Positions 20,048-28,749 of a stretch of 64,000 nucleotides of DNA are shown here, piece by piece (positions within the stretch are counted from its first letter, which is position 1; each line of letters begins with the position of its first letter). The DNA comes from Candidatus Micrarchaeota archaeon (GTDB lineage: Archaea > Micrarchaeota > Micrarchaeia > Anstonellales > Bilamarchaeaceae): the NCBI GenBank assembly GCA_038046765.1, contig JBBSVN010000011.1, positions 1,152 to 65,151 on the forward strand, read 5' to 3'. Position numbers and translations under genes: made by a program. The notes beneath the pieces were generated by a model. The model ran no database searches and was not told the origin of the DNA. It saw nothing but the letters and a program-made list of their open reading frames with translations.

Positions 20048-20154
20048 TTATTAGCCATGGGCATTGTACCTTGGGCTAGTGAGCCACGACTCATAACGTG
20101 TTGCTCAATCGCACAAGGCTCATCGCTCAAAGCTAAAATTGTGGTGTTTATACT
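20048..20154 (+). repeat. Copy A of the ~105-nt intergenic element (between the rpoA2 stop and the rpl30e start)
   Basis: Near-colinear with 26905-27015. A 43-nt identical run, gctcatcgctcaaagctaaaattgtggtgtttatactatggca (20118-20160 = 26979-27021), extends into the first two codons of the downstream gene. Confidence 0.85.
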
Positions 20155-20691
20155 ATGGCAAAAAAGAAATCAGAAAAGGAAGATAAGAAGATAAAAGAAC
20201 AAACGCTCGAAGATGCAGCAAAAGTTGCAGTTACATCTGATGACGAAGAATCTGATGAAACTAAGCAAGAAACAGAAGAGACATCTGAAGAATCTACAGA
20301 AGAGTCCGCTCCTGCAGAAGAAGCAGAAGAAAAACCAAAGAAACAAAAGCGCGTAATAAAAATAAGAAAAAGTAAAAAAGAGCGCGAAAATCCACTGTCT
20401 ATTGCAATTAGGCTTGCGGTTGAAAGCGGTAAAGTTGAATATGGATCAAAAGCCGCATTAAAAGACGCATTACTAGGAAATGCAAAAGCCTTCATTGTGG
20501 CAACCCGTGCACCATCAGCCATAAGGGAAAGTATGGAAAACTACTGTAAATTATCAAATACTCCTATAATTCCTTTTGATGGTACTCCTTTAGAGCTTGG
20601 AGTTGCATGCGGTAAACCATTCAACGTTGCAGTATTTACCATATATGATGCAGGTGCATCAAGCATAATGGAGCTTACTAAAAAGAAATAA
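20155..20691 (+). CDS. rpl30e: Ribosomal protein L30e with a ~78-aa acidic/lysine-rich N-terminal extension
   Basis: C-terminal ~100 aa (LAVESGKVEYGSKAALKDALLGNAKAFIVA...PFDGTPLELGVACGKPFNVAV) are L30e. It sits in the canonical position after rpoA2. Confidence 0.88.
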   Translation: MAKKKSEKEDKKIKEQTLEDAAKVAVTSDDEESDETKQETEETSEESTEESAPAEEAEEKPKKQKRVIKIRKSKKERENPLSIAIRLAVESGKVEYGSKAALKDALLGNAKAFIVATRAPSAIRESMENYCKLSNTPIIPFDGTPLELGVACGKPFNVAVFTIYDAGASSIMELTKKK

Positions 20692-20731
20692 CTAAATTTA
20701 ATTTATTTTATTTTTTATTTTGGTTTTTAAC

Positions 20732-21172
20732 ATGGCCCGGGAAATTACACAAGAAGATATGTTCTATTTTTCAGAATTTGAAAAATGTACGCGAGTTATG
20801 CCACTTGATTATTTGCAAACAGAAACAGCGATGTTTTTTATTGTTGAAATAAAGGACTTAGGCAAGGCAATAGGAAAGGAAGCTACAAATATCCAAAAAC
20901 TTTCTAAAATGTTTAAAAAGCGTATTTTTGTAATTGGAGACTTTAACGATGTTGAAATGTTTTTAAGAGCATTTTTCCCAGGTATTACGATAATTCACAT
21001 TGAAGTTAGGAACATTATGGGACAAAATAATGTTGTTATGACTGTTGCTGAAGAACATCGTGGTCTTGCAATTGGAAAGAACGGTGAAAAGATTAAGGCT
21101 GCTAAAACTTTACTTGAAACGAGGTTTAAATCTGCATTAACGCTAAGAACTGGGAAAGCCGCGCAGATATAG
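20732..21172 (+). CDS. nusA: Archaeal NusA-like protein (two KH domains)
   Basis: GKAIGKEATNIQKL and GLAIGKNGEKIKAAK (GxxG KH motifs). Canonical position after L30e. ATG 20732 preferred over TTG 20720. Confidence 0.85.
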   Translation: MAREITQEDMFYFSEFEKCTRVMPLDYLQTETAMFFIVEIKDLGKAIGKEATNIQKLSKMFKKRIFVIGDFNDVEMFLRAFFPGITIIHIEVRNIMGQNNVVMTVAEEHRGLAIGKNGEKIKAAKTLLETRFKSALTLRTGKAAQI

Positions 21173-21194
21173 ATATTATATATTTTGCTTTCGT

Positions 21195-21830
21195 ATGATT
21201 TTCATGTCAATTGAAAAAACTTCCAATCAAATAATTTTAACTAATAAAAACACCAAGATTTTTTTAATTATTGCTGGTTTGTTTTCTATTTTGGTAGGTA
21301 TCTTTTTACTGGTTAAATTAAGCACCACAGAGCTTTTTTTCCAGTTTTTATTGATTGGCACTTCGTTAATTATTTTGGGTGTAATCTGTTTAATCAGTGC
21401 AGAAAAGAAGCTTATTGTTCTAAATAAATCGGACAAATCCATAACTTTTTCTAGTCAAAAAATATTTACAAAATTTTCAAAAACATATCAAATGAAAGAA
21501 GTCAAAGAAGTTCTTTTAATCAAATCTTTTTATAAAGATTTTTCCGAGTATGGTCCGTATTTTGTTTGTGAATATAAACTAATTTTTATCTTAAGAAATC
21601 AGGAGAAGTTACCATTAGAAGTAAATTATTTTCATTTAGGATTCATTATTCTTAACAAAACTTCTTTTGTAAATACTAATAAAGAAAAATTAATAAATTG
21701 TAAAGAACTAGTTGATTCTATTGGTGTACCTCTAATAATTTCAGAAACGTTTGGTGATCAAGCAGGAGTGGAGTTAACTAATAAAGATAAATTACACATT
21801 AGCATGTTTCTAAATAAAAATAACATCTAG
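21195..21830 (+). CDS. Hypothetical membrane protein
   Basis: Two N-terminal hydrophobic helices. No recognisable motif. Confidence 0.5.
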   Translation: MIFMSIEKTSNQIILTNKNTKIFLIIAGLFSILVGIFLLVKLSTTELFFQFLLIGTSLIILGVICLISAEKKLIVLNKSDKSITFSSQKIFTKFSKTYQMKEVKEVLLIKSFYKDFSEYGPYFVCEYKLIFILRNQEKLPLEVNYFHLGFIILNKTSFVNTNKEKLINCKELVDSIGVPLIISETFGDQAGVELTNKDKLHISMFLNKNNI

Positions 21831-22234
21831 TAAAAATTATACGCTCTTTCTAAAATATCTTTTGCATTTTTATGCGTTAATCTTTCCAAAGAATCCTGAT
21901 AATTTAACCATTCGTATCCAATGTGTTCGTGAGAAATTTTTACTTTTTTTTCTTTAGTTTCTGCTAAAAAATAAACTACTTGTTTATGCATTGTTTTTCC
22001 ACCACGCCTATAAAAATATTGCATTTTATCGCAAAAACCTTCTACAAATTCTATTTTTTTAATTCCAGTTTCTTCGGTTAGTTCGCGAATTGCGGCGTCC
22101 TTTTCGCTCTCACTATTTTCAATATGTCCTTTTGGAAAATCCCAGTGTCCAGACTGGTAGTGTAAAAGAAGATACTTTCGTAATTTGTCTTCTAGTCTAA
22201 AAAGTACAATTCCTGCTGAAAATTCGTCTGGCAT
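21827..22234 (-). CDS. NUDIX hydrolase
   Basis: NUDIX box GHWDFPKGHIENSESEKDAAIRELTEETGI (GX5EX7REUXEEXGU). Confidence 0.88.
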   Translation of the reverse strand: MPDEFSAGIVLFRLEDKLRKYLLLHYQSGHWDFPKGHIENSESEKDAAIRELTEETGIKKIEFVEGFCDKMQYFYRRGGKTMHKQVVYFLAETKEKKVKISHEHIGYEWLNYQDSLERLTHKNAKDILERAYNFY

Positions 22235-22301
22235 AAGTAAAAATCAAAATCGAATTATTTAAATTAACACGTGTCAATAGTTAAATTAGGTTATATTCTT
22301 T

Positions 22302-22346
22302 CTTTTTAAACCTTTCGTCAGTTTCAAAACGAAACGTATTTAAATA
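22302..22346 (+). promoter_or_regulatory. Putative promoter of the L3 operon
   Basis: ctttttaaacctttcgt ... cgtatttaaata. Both halves match the rpoH upstream motif. The TATA-like tatttaaata lies ~100 nt before the ATG, which implies a ~75-nt leader. Confidence 0.45.
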
Positions 22347-22447
22347 CAAGCTTTCATTTTAATAGTCTACTTAATTTTAATTTGGCATCCCAGAGATTAA
22401 TCTTGGGCAATGCAAGAAATTAAAGTAACTTTAATTTGTGATTTATT

Positions 22448-23389
22448 ATGACAGACATTAATCGACCACGAAGAGGTACAATGGGTGTTAGACCCAGAAA
22501 GCGAGCAGAATCTCAAAACGCAAGAGTATTCTGGCAGGATTCATCTGCAAAGCGAGTTTTAGGTTTTGCAGGGTATAAAGTTGGTATGACAACTGTTTCT
22601 TATATTGACAATAGTGAATCTCCAACAAAAGGTCAGGAAATTACATTGGGAGGTACAATCATCGAAATTCCTCCAATGCACGTTTATGGAGTTCGTTTTT
22701 ACAATGATCAACAATCACTTGGAGATACTTTAGTAACTGATGAAAAAGTTCTTAAAATGTTAAACATGAAAAAGTTTGAAGGTAAGGAACCAGCTATGAA
22801 TCAAGTTACTCAAGTTCGATTACTTGCATTTACCGAACCAGCAAAAACTTCGATGGCAAAAAAACACATTGAAAGAATGGAAATTGCTGTTGGTGGAAAA
22901 GATGCATCTGAAAAAATAGAATATGCAAAATCTCTTTTAGGCAAACCGCTTTTAATGAAAGATGTATTTAAAGCAGGAGACTTTGTTGATATCATTGCAA
23001 TTACAAAAGGTAAAGGATGGCAAGGAGCTGTTAAAAGATTCGGTATTGCTAAACAAAGAAGAAAAGCAACCGGAAAAGTAAGACACGTAGGTACTTTGGG
23101 TCAATGGCATCCAGCTTATGTTTTATATACCGTTCCTCAAGCCGGTCAAACTGGTTATCATAAGAGAACTGAATTTAGCAAACAAATCATAAAGATGGGC
23201 GAAAACGTAGATGATGTAAATCCAAAAGACGGTTTCCCACAATATGGTTTTGTAAAAAATAATTATGTAATAATTAAAGGTTCAGTAGCTGGACCAAGTA
23301 AAAGATTGGTAAAGCTTCGTTTATCTATTAGACGACCAACAGGAAAGGAAATAAAATCAACCTTTGTATCTGTTGCTCCGAAACATTAA
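22448..23389 (+). CDS. rpl3: Ribosomal protein L3
   Basis: PRRGTMGVRPRKRA..., GKGWQGAVKRFG. First gene of the S10-like block. Confidence 0.95.
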   Translation: MTDINRPRRGTMGVRPRKRAESQNARVFWQDSSAKRVLGFAGYKVGMTTVSYIDNSESPTKGQEITLGGTIIEIPPMHVYGVRFYNDQQSLGDTLVTDEKVLKMLNMKKFEGKEPAMNQVTQVRLLAFTEPAKTSMAKKHIERMEIAVGGKDASEKIEYAKSLLGKPLLMKDVFKAGDFVDIIAITKGKGWQGAVKRFGIAKQRRKATGKVRHVGTLGQWHPAYVLYTVPQAGQTGYHKRTEFSKQIIKMGENVDDVNPKDGFPQYGFVKNNYVIIKGSVAGPSKRLVKLRLSIRRPTGKEIKSTFVSVAPKH

Positions 23390-23404
23390 TTTGGTGAATA
23401 ATAC

Positions 23405-24154
23405 ATGAAAACTAACGTATACTCTCTTGATGCTAAGGTAGTAAAGCAATTGGATCTACCATCTCCATTATTTGGAGAAGCTCCACGCGATGATTTAATC
23501 AAGCGTGCAGTTCTAAGTGATGAAAGTAAAGAATACCAGCCAAAAGGTAGCTATAGGATGGCTGGTTTAGAAACCAGTGCCCGTTATGTTGGTCGAAAAG
23601 AAATTTTTGCCAGTGTAAAGAACAAAGGTATTCCGCACTTGCCACACGAAGTTTTACCAAAGGGAGGTTTAGGTAAAGTAAAGCGTGTTCCACATGCAGT
23701 TAAAGGTAGAAGAGCACACCCACCCAAGCCTCAAAAAATAATTATTGAACAAATGAATAAAAAAGAGTATTCTAAAGCAATTCGCTCTGCGCTTTCTGCA
23801 AGTACTATAAATGCGCTTGTATCAAAAAGGCACAGCATGAAAATAGATATGCCACTTCCGCTTGTTTTTGAAAATTCATTTGAAAAAATGTTAAAAACAA
23901 AAGATTTTGTAAAAACTTTCGATTTATTAAAACTATCTGCAATGATGCAGCGATCAAAAGAAAAGGGTTCAAAATCAGCATTAGTTATTTTAGATGGCAA
24001 TACCTCAAAACATGCTGCAAATAATTTGCCTGGTTTTGATGTTGTAAATGTCAAGAACCTTAGGGTAAAGGATTTAGCTCCTGGTTGCTTTGCGGGAAGA
24101 ATGGTCATTTTTTCTGAAAATTCCTTTAAGAAATTAAGCGAGATGGTGGTTTAA
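23405..24154 (+). CDS. rpl4: Ribosomal protein L4
   Basis: Family sequence and conserved order L3-L4-L23-L2. GGTG Shine-Dalgarno sequence. Confidence 0.92.
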   Translation: MKTNVYSLDAKVVKQLDLPSPLFGEAPRDDLIKRAVLSDESKEYQPKGSYRMAGLETSARYVGRKEIFASVKNKGIPHLPHEVLPKGGLGKVKRVPHAVKGRRAHPPKPQKIIIEQMNKKEYSKAIRSALSASTINALVSKRHSMKIDMPLPLVFENSFEKMLKTKDFVKTFDLLKLSAMMQRSKEKGSKSALVILDGNTSKHAANNLPGFDVVNVKNLRVKDLAPGCFAGRMVIFSENSFKKLSEMVV

Positions 24155-24156
24155 AT

Positions 24157-24405
24157 ATGATACTTTTAGCTCCAATAAATACTGAAAAAAGCATTTCAAA
24201 AGTAAGTTTGGAAAACTCCATTGTTTTCGAAGTTGATATGAAAGCAGAAAGAGATGATGTAAAATCAGAAGTCGAAAGACTTTTTGGTGTAAAAGTAGCT
24301 AAAGTTAATATTCTTATAACTCCAAAAGGTAAAAAGAGGGCAGTCGTAAGATTAGCTAAAGGATCTAAAGCAGAAGATATTACAACAAAATTAAAAATGG
24401 CTTAA
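24157..24405 (+). CDS. rpl23: Ribosomal protein L23
   Basis: 82 aa, ...NSIVFEVDMKA.. DVKSEVERLFGVKVAKVN. Conserved order. Confidence 0.92.
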   Translation: MILLAPINTEKSISKVSLENSIVFEVDMKAERDDVKSEVERLFGVKVAKVNILITPKGKKRAVVRLAKGSKAEDITTKLKMA

Positions 24406-24439
24406 TGTTAATTTATGAATTAAATTTATTGTGGTTTTT

Positions 24440-25192
24440 ATGGGAAAGCATTTAAAGCAACAAAGACGAGGAAAAGGTACTCCAAGATATAAATCACCAT
24501 CACACAAATGGAAGGTCGATTTACATTACAGAAATTACGATGACGTTGAAAAAACGGGCGTACTTCGTGCAAAAGTAATGGGCTTTTTAGATGATCCGGT
24601 TCGAGATTCTCTCGTAATGATGGTCAAATACGACAATGGGGAAGAAGGTGTTCTTTTAGCTCCAGAAGGAATCGCAGTAGGCGATTACATCGAAGTAGGT
24701 TCACAAGCAAAATTAATTAGCGGAAGTGTTCTTCCATTATACAGAATTCCTGATGGCGCTTACATATTCAATGTTGAAAAAAACCCTGGAGATGGTGGCA
24801 AAATGGTTCGCGCAAGCGGTAGTTACGCCAACGTTGTTTCAAGGGAAGGCGAATTAGTTTATGTTAAATTACCAAGTAAACAATCACTTGCTCTTTCAAA
24901 CGAATGCCGAGTACAATTAGGTGTTGTTGCAGGAGCTGGAAAGAAAGAAAAACCGCTTCTAAGAGCAGGAAATGCTTTTTACAAAATGAAGGCAAGACAC
25001 AGGCTATGGCCTAGATTAAGAGGTGTCCACATGGCAGCTTACAACCACCCACACGGAGGAAAGCAGCACCACGTCGGTAAACCAACAACAGTAGCCAGAA
25101 GTACTCCTCCGGGAGGAAAAGTCGGTCATATTGCAGCTAGAACTACTGGAAGGAAAAAGACCAAAAAAGTTCAAACAGGTGAAAATAAATGA
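24440..25192 (+). CDS. rpl2: Ribosomal protein L2
   Basis: RGVHMAAYNHPHGGKQHHVGKPTTV motif. ATG 24440 follows GTGGT; the tracked GTG 24431 is probably the Shine-Dalgarno sequence itself. Confidence 0.95.
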   Translation: MGKHLKQQRRGKGTPRYKSPSHKWKVDLHYRNYDDVEKTGVLRAKVMGFLDDPVRDSLVMMVKYDNGEEGVLLAPEGIAVGDYIEVGSQAKLISGSVLPLYRIPDGAYIFNVEKNPGDGGKMVRASGSYANVVSREGELVYVKLPSKQSLALSNECRVQLGVVAGAGKKEKPLLRAGNAFYKMKARHRLWPRLRGVHMAAYNHPHGGKQHHVGKPTTVARSTPPGGKVGHIAARTTGRKKTKKVQTGENK

Positions 25193-25584
25193 GGGTTAAT
25201 ACTTACAAAGGAGTAGACGAGGATAAAGTTAAATCCATTCCAATGGATGATTTTCTTAAAATGACCTCTAGTAGGAACAGAAGAACCTTCGCTAGACTCA
25301 AAAATAATCCTAAATTAAAATCTTTCATGGAAAAAGTCAAGGCAGTACTTTTAAAGAATCCAAAGAAGGTCATAAAAACTCATGTTCGAGATGCAATAAT
25401 TATTCCTGAATGGGTAGGTCTTAAATTTGGCGTTCACAATGGAAAAGATTTTAAACCTGTTGAAATCACTTTTGACAAGGTAGGCAGAAGATTGGGTGAT
25501 TTTTCACACACAACTTCAAGAGTTTTACACTCTGGTCCTGGTGTCGGTGCTACAAGAGGTAGTAAGTTCGTTCCATTAAAGTAG
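25189..25584 (+). CDS. rps19: Ribosomal protein S19
   Basis: GLKFGVHNGKDFKPVEI...GDFSHT. ATGA overlap with the L2 stop. Confidence 0.95.
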   Translation: MRVNTYKGVDEDKVKSIPMDDFLKMTSSRNRRTFARLKNNPKLKSFMEKVKAVLLKNPKKVIKTHVRDAIIIPEWVGLKFGVHNGKDFKPVEITFDKVGRRLGDFSHTTSRVLHSGPGVGATRGSKFVPLK

Positions 25585-25600
25585 TTTAAGAACGGTGATT

Positions 25601-26212
25601 ATGTTGCAATACTACAGTTTTAATGTAAAACCTGAAGAAAAAGATTCATATGCTTTTGCAAGACTTGAAGAAATAGATGCTTCAACACGAACACTAGCAG
25701 AAGTATGCGGAAGAATCCGGAACAAAAATGCTGCCTGGGCAGTTGCGTTTTTACAAAGTGCAAGCGAGGGTAAAATTCCTATTGCATTTAAAAAACACAA
25801 CACAAAAATGGGTCATCGAAGAGAACTAGGTGGTTCAAAGGGAAGATATCCTAAGAAATGTGCTGGGATTGTTCTAGAACTTCTAAATAGTGCAATTGCA
25901 AATGCTAAAATGAAAAATCTTGGAGAAAATTTAACTATCATACATACCAGTGCAACAGTTAAGGCAAGATATCCAAGAATGTCTCCAAAAGGTAAAAAAA
26001 TGCGTTCTGCAATCTCAACTTCAAGAATTGAAATGATTTTAAAAGGAGTAGCGCAACCAAAAGTTGAAAAAGTTGAAAAAGTAGCTACAGAAAAGACAGT
26101 TCCTTCAAAAGAACATGCAAAAGAAGTTAAAGCAACATCTGTTCACACAGCTGAACCTAAAAAAGAAGTTGCTCAAACAAAATCATCTTTAAAACCTAAA
26201 GTTAAGAACTAA
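25601..26212 (+). CDS. rpl22: Ribosomal protein L22 with a Lys/Glu-rich C-terminal tail
   Basis: Family sequence and order. ATG 25601 follows a GGTG Shine-Dalgarno sequence. Confidence 0.9.
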   Translation: MLQYYSFNVKPEEKDSYAFARLEEIDASTRTLAEVCGRIRNKNAAWAVAFLQSASEGKIPIAFKKHNTKMGHRRELGGSKGRYPKKCAGIVLELLNSAIANAKMKNLGENLTIIHTSATVKARYPRMSPKGKKMRSAISTSRIEMILKGVAQPKVEKVEKVATEKTVPSKEHAKEVKATSVHTAEPKKEVAQTKSSLKPKVKN

Positions 26213-26223
26213 TTGGTGATACT

Positions 26224-26904
26224 TTGACAAACAAACCCGATCTAATGAAATTTATCGAAGAACCTTATGATAAATACAGATTAATGAAATATTTGGAAGA
26301 AAAACTCGACCGAGCAGGTTTAGCAAATGTCGATGTACAAAGAACACCTCAACTTACTAGAATCTTACTTCAAGTTTTAAATCCAGCCAGAGTAATTGGT
26401 AAAAAAGGAAGATTAATCGATGAATTAACTCACGATATAAAAGAAGAATTTGGTATTAAAGATCCACAAATCAGTGTTTCTGAAGTAGTTAATCCTGCAT
26501 TAGAACCAAGAATCATTGGAAAAAGAGCAGCAAAATACATTGAAATGGGTAAGAAAGTTCGGTCAGTACTTCACTTCTTTTTAAGGGATATCTTAAAAGC
26601 AGGTGCAATGGGTGCTGAAATTGTAGCTAGCGGTAAAATTGGTCAAAAAGGAGCAAGAGCAAAAACTCTTCGTGTCTCAGCAGGTTACATTCCAAAAGCA
26701 GGAGATGTGGCTAACCTTGTAAGGGTAGCTCACATTGCAGCTAAAACAAGAAGCGGTATTATTGGTATTTTGGTTAGAATTGTACCACCCGGAACTGTTT
26801 TCCCAGATAAAATCATTGTATCAGCAGTTCCACTACCTAAGGTAGTTGAAGCAGCTGAAGCTCCAGATACAGTTTCAAAAGTACCTGAAGCTAAGGCAGA
26901 ATAA
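26224..26904 (+). CDS. rps3: Ribosomal protein S3
   Basis: KH-domain IGKKGRLIDELT and GAEIVASGKIGQKGARAK. TTG start 7 nt after GGTGAT. Confidence 0.93.
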   Translation: MTNKPDLMKFIEEPYDKYRLMKYLEEKLDRAGLANVDVQRTPQLTRILLQVLNPARVIGKKGRLIDELTHDIKEEFGIKDPQISVSEVVNPALEPRIIGKRAAKYIEMGKKVRSVLHFFLRDILKAGAMGAEIVASGKIGQKGARAKTLRVSAGYIPKAGDVANLVRVAHIAAKTRSGIIGILVRIVPPGTVFPDKIIVSAVPLPKVVEAAEAPDTVSKVPEAKAE

Positions 26905-27015
26905 TAATTATTTAAGCAATGGGCAATGTGCCTTGCGCTAGTGAGTCACGAAACAATAAACTGGCTCAAGAGCACAAAGCTCATCGCTCAAAGCTAAAAT
27001 TGTGGTGTTTATACT
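26905..27015 (+). repeat. Copy B of the ~105-nt intergenic element (between the rps3 stop and the rpl29 start)
   Basis: See copy A. It separates S3 from L29, which are normally adjacent. Confidence 0.85.
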
Positions 27016-27222
27016 ATGGCAGTTTTAAAAGCTAATGATGTTAAAAAACTTTCAAAAGATCAAATTATTGCAAAGATTGCAGAAATGCACAAACTTCTTT
27101 TAGAACTTGAAGGAGAAGGCAAAAGAGAAAAAAGTGGATCCGTAAAACAAGCTATTGCAAGATTAAAGACGCATTATGCAGAGTTAATGTCTAAGGAAGA
27201 AGCTGCAAAGTCAAAGAAGTAA
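27016..27222 (+). CDS. rpl29: Ribosomal protein L29
   Basis: 68-aa helical protein, LSKDQIIAKIAEMHKLLLEL. Conserved position after S3. Confidence 0.9.
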   Translation: MAVLKANDVKKLSKDQIIAKIAEMHKLLLELEGEGKREKSGSVKQAIARLKTHYAELMSKEEAAKSKK

Positions 27223-27288
27223 ATTCAATAATTTGCATCTAAATTAGTTTTCTAATTTTCTTTTTGGTTAAAAGCGTAACAATTATAT

Positions 27289-27648
27289 ATGCCAAATGAC
27301 ATAATAAAACTACAAAATAAAATAAATTTAGGTGAATACTCGTTGGGAGATATCTGTAATAAATGTGGAATGATTAAAGATTTGTGTGTTTGTGAAGTCC
27401 TAGAAAAACAGGCTGTCGCAAAGATAAAAATTTATACTACTACTAAGAAGTTTAAAAAACTTGTAACTGTTATTGAAGGAATAGATGCTCAGCATCTAAG
27501 CGAAGTAGCTAGCGCACTCAAACATAAATTAGCTTGTGGAGGAACTGCAAAAAATAACGTAATCGTATTGCAAGGAAATCACAAGAGGAATATCGCGCCA
27601 ATTCTAGAAAAGCTGGGCTATGTAAAAGAAGCGATTGAAGTTAGGTAA
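27289..27648 (+). CDS. Translation initiation factor aIF1 (SUI1)
   Basis: N-terminal C-x2-C...C-x-C Zn knuckle and the SUI1 core KKLVTVIEGI...LKHKLACGGTAKNNVIVLQGNH. Confidence 0.9.
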   Translation: MPNDIIKLQNKINLGEYSLGDICNKCGMIKDLCVCEVLEKQAVAKIKIYTTTKKFKKLVTVIEGIDAQHLSEVASALKHKLACGGTAKNNVIVLQGNHKRNIAPILEKLGYVKEAIEVR

Positions 27649-27696
27649 ACTATATTCTACTTTTTATATTTTTTAAAAACGAAGTTTTTAGAAAAG

Positions 27697-27745
27697 CTAG
27701 TGAACGACCCAGTTCACTGGATTTTTATTTTTTATTATTCTTATT
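27697..27745 (+). terminator. Hairpin plus oligo-T terminator module (copy 1)
   Basis: ctagtgaac-gaccca-gttcactgg (9-bp stem including one G-U pair) followed by atttttattttttatt. Shares GCTAGTG...CACTGGATTTTTATTT with 35781-35820. Confidence 0.6.
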
Positions 27746-27846
27746 TTTTACCAAGATTCGAACGCTTCGAATTAGCTAAATGCTACAAATCCAAACAAAA
27801 AAACAAATCAATGCGCTTCGGGCTGCGTAATTTTTATTTTTATCTT

Positions 27847-28749
27847 TTATAATCTCGCTATTTGCATATACATTTCCATCGCATTTTGTCTTTGTTCTGG
27901 TCTTTTGGACAATCCTTGACTAATTATATCTTTTAATTTTCTTGGTACTCCCGGTGTATTCAACAATAAGGGTTCCTCTGTTCTTATTTTTTTCTGGATG
28001 TCCTCGCCTCTTGCTGCTTTAAATGGGTTTACTCCATGCGCTAATCGGTGAATTAAAATTGCAGTTGGAAATATATCTGTCTTGGCTGTTACGATTGTAC
28101 TTGGGTTTGCTTCTGGCGCTGCATAACCCATGTGCCCGACTACATCATCATGCCTGGTCAAGTTTCTGTTTACCTGCATAAATCTAGGATCTTTAAAATC
28201 TTGTACCTGTGCGTCTACAGTTAAACAAGACGCACTCCAGTCAAATAATCTAATTTCATCTCCCTCTGTTCTAAACAAATTCGTTGGATGAATATCTCTA
28301 TGTGTTACACCTAAACTATGTATTGTGATAAGTACTTCGAGTAGTTCTAGTATCGATCTTCTAGTCTGTCTCCAACTTACCCTAAGTCCTTTTTCCAATT
28401 GTTTCTGCAATGTGGGAGTTTTAACTAATTCCATTGCAACAAATCGTATTCCATCCAAAACTCCTTCATCAAAAGTAGCTACAATTCCTCGATGTGCAGG
28501 CAGTGATAATGATATTAATGCACTTCTTCTAAATCTTGCTTGAGATGTTGTTTGATTTGCCAAATAAAATTTTTCTAAAATAAATTTTACTGCAAGTTCG
28601 ATGTTTCCAGAAGTTGCCCGAAAAATTTTACCCATTGCGCCTTCGCCTAGCGTTCCCTGTAATTCGAATAATCTGCCGCTTATTCTTAACCTCGCTCCTG
28701 GTTTTAGCTTTGAGAAATCTTGATCAGAATTTATTCTAGCTATTGCCAT
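27847..28749 (-). CDS. Hanks-type Ser/Thr protein kinase (catalytic domain only)
   Basis: G-loop GEGAMGKIF, AVKF lysine, catalytic loop HRDIHPTNL, DWS in place of DFG, AAPE, distal KRPEQR. Opposite strand inside the r-protein cluster. Confidence 0.85.
   Translation of the reverse strand: MAIARINSDQDFSKLKPGARLRISGRLFELQGTLGEGAMGKIFRATSGNIELAVKFILEKFYLANQTTSQARFRRSALISLSLPAHRGIVATFDEGVLDGIRFVAMELVKTPTLQKQLEKGLRVSWRQTRRSILELLEVLITIHSLGVTHRDIHPTNLFRTEGDEIRLFDWSASCLTVDAQVQDFKDPRFMQVNRNLTRHDDVVGHMGYAAPEANPSTIVTAKTDIFPTAILIHRLAHGVNPFKAARGEDIQKKIRTEEPLLLNTPGVPRKLKDIISQGLSKRPEQRQNAMEMYMQIARL

Noticed and set aside
20057-20194. Small ORF (about 45 codons) starting at the ATG inside repeat copy A and running into rpl30e out of frame
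   Set aside because: The corresponding frame in copy B is interrupted by TAA (within aaacaaTAAact), and the predicted peptides of A and B diverge after ~10 residues because of an indel. Conservation is at the nucleotide level, not the protein level.
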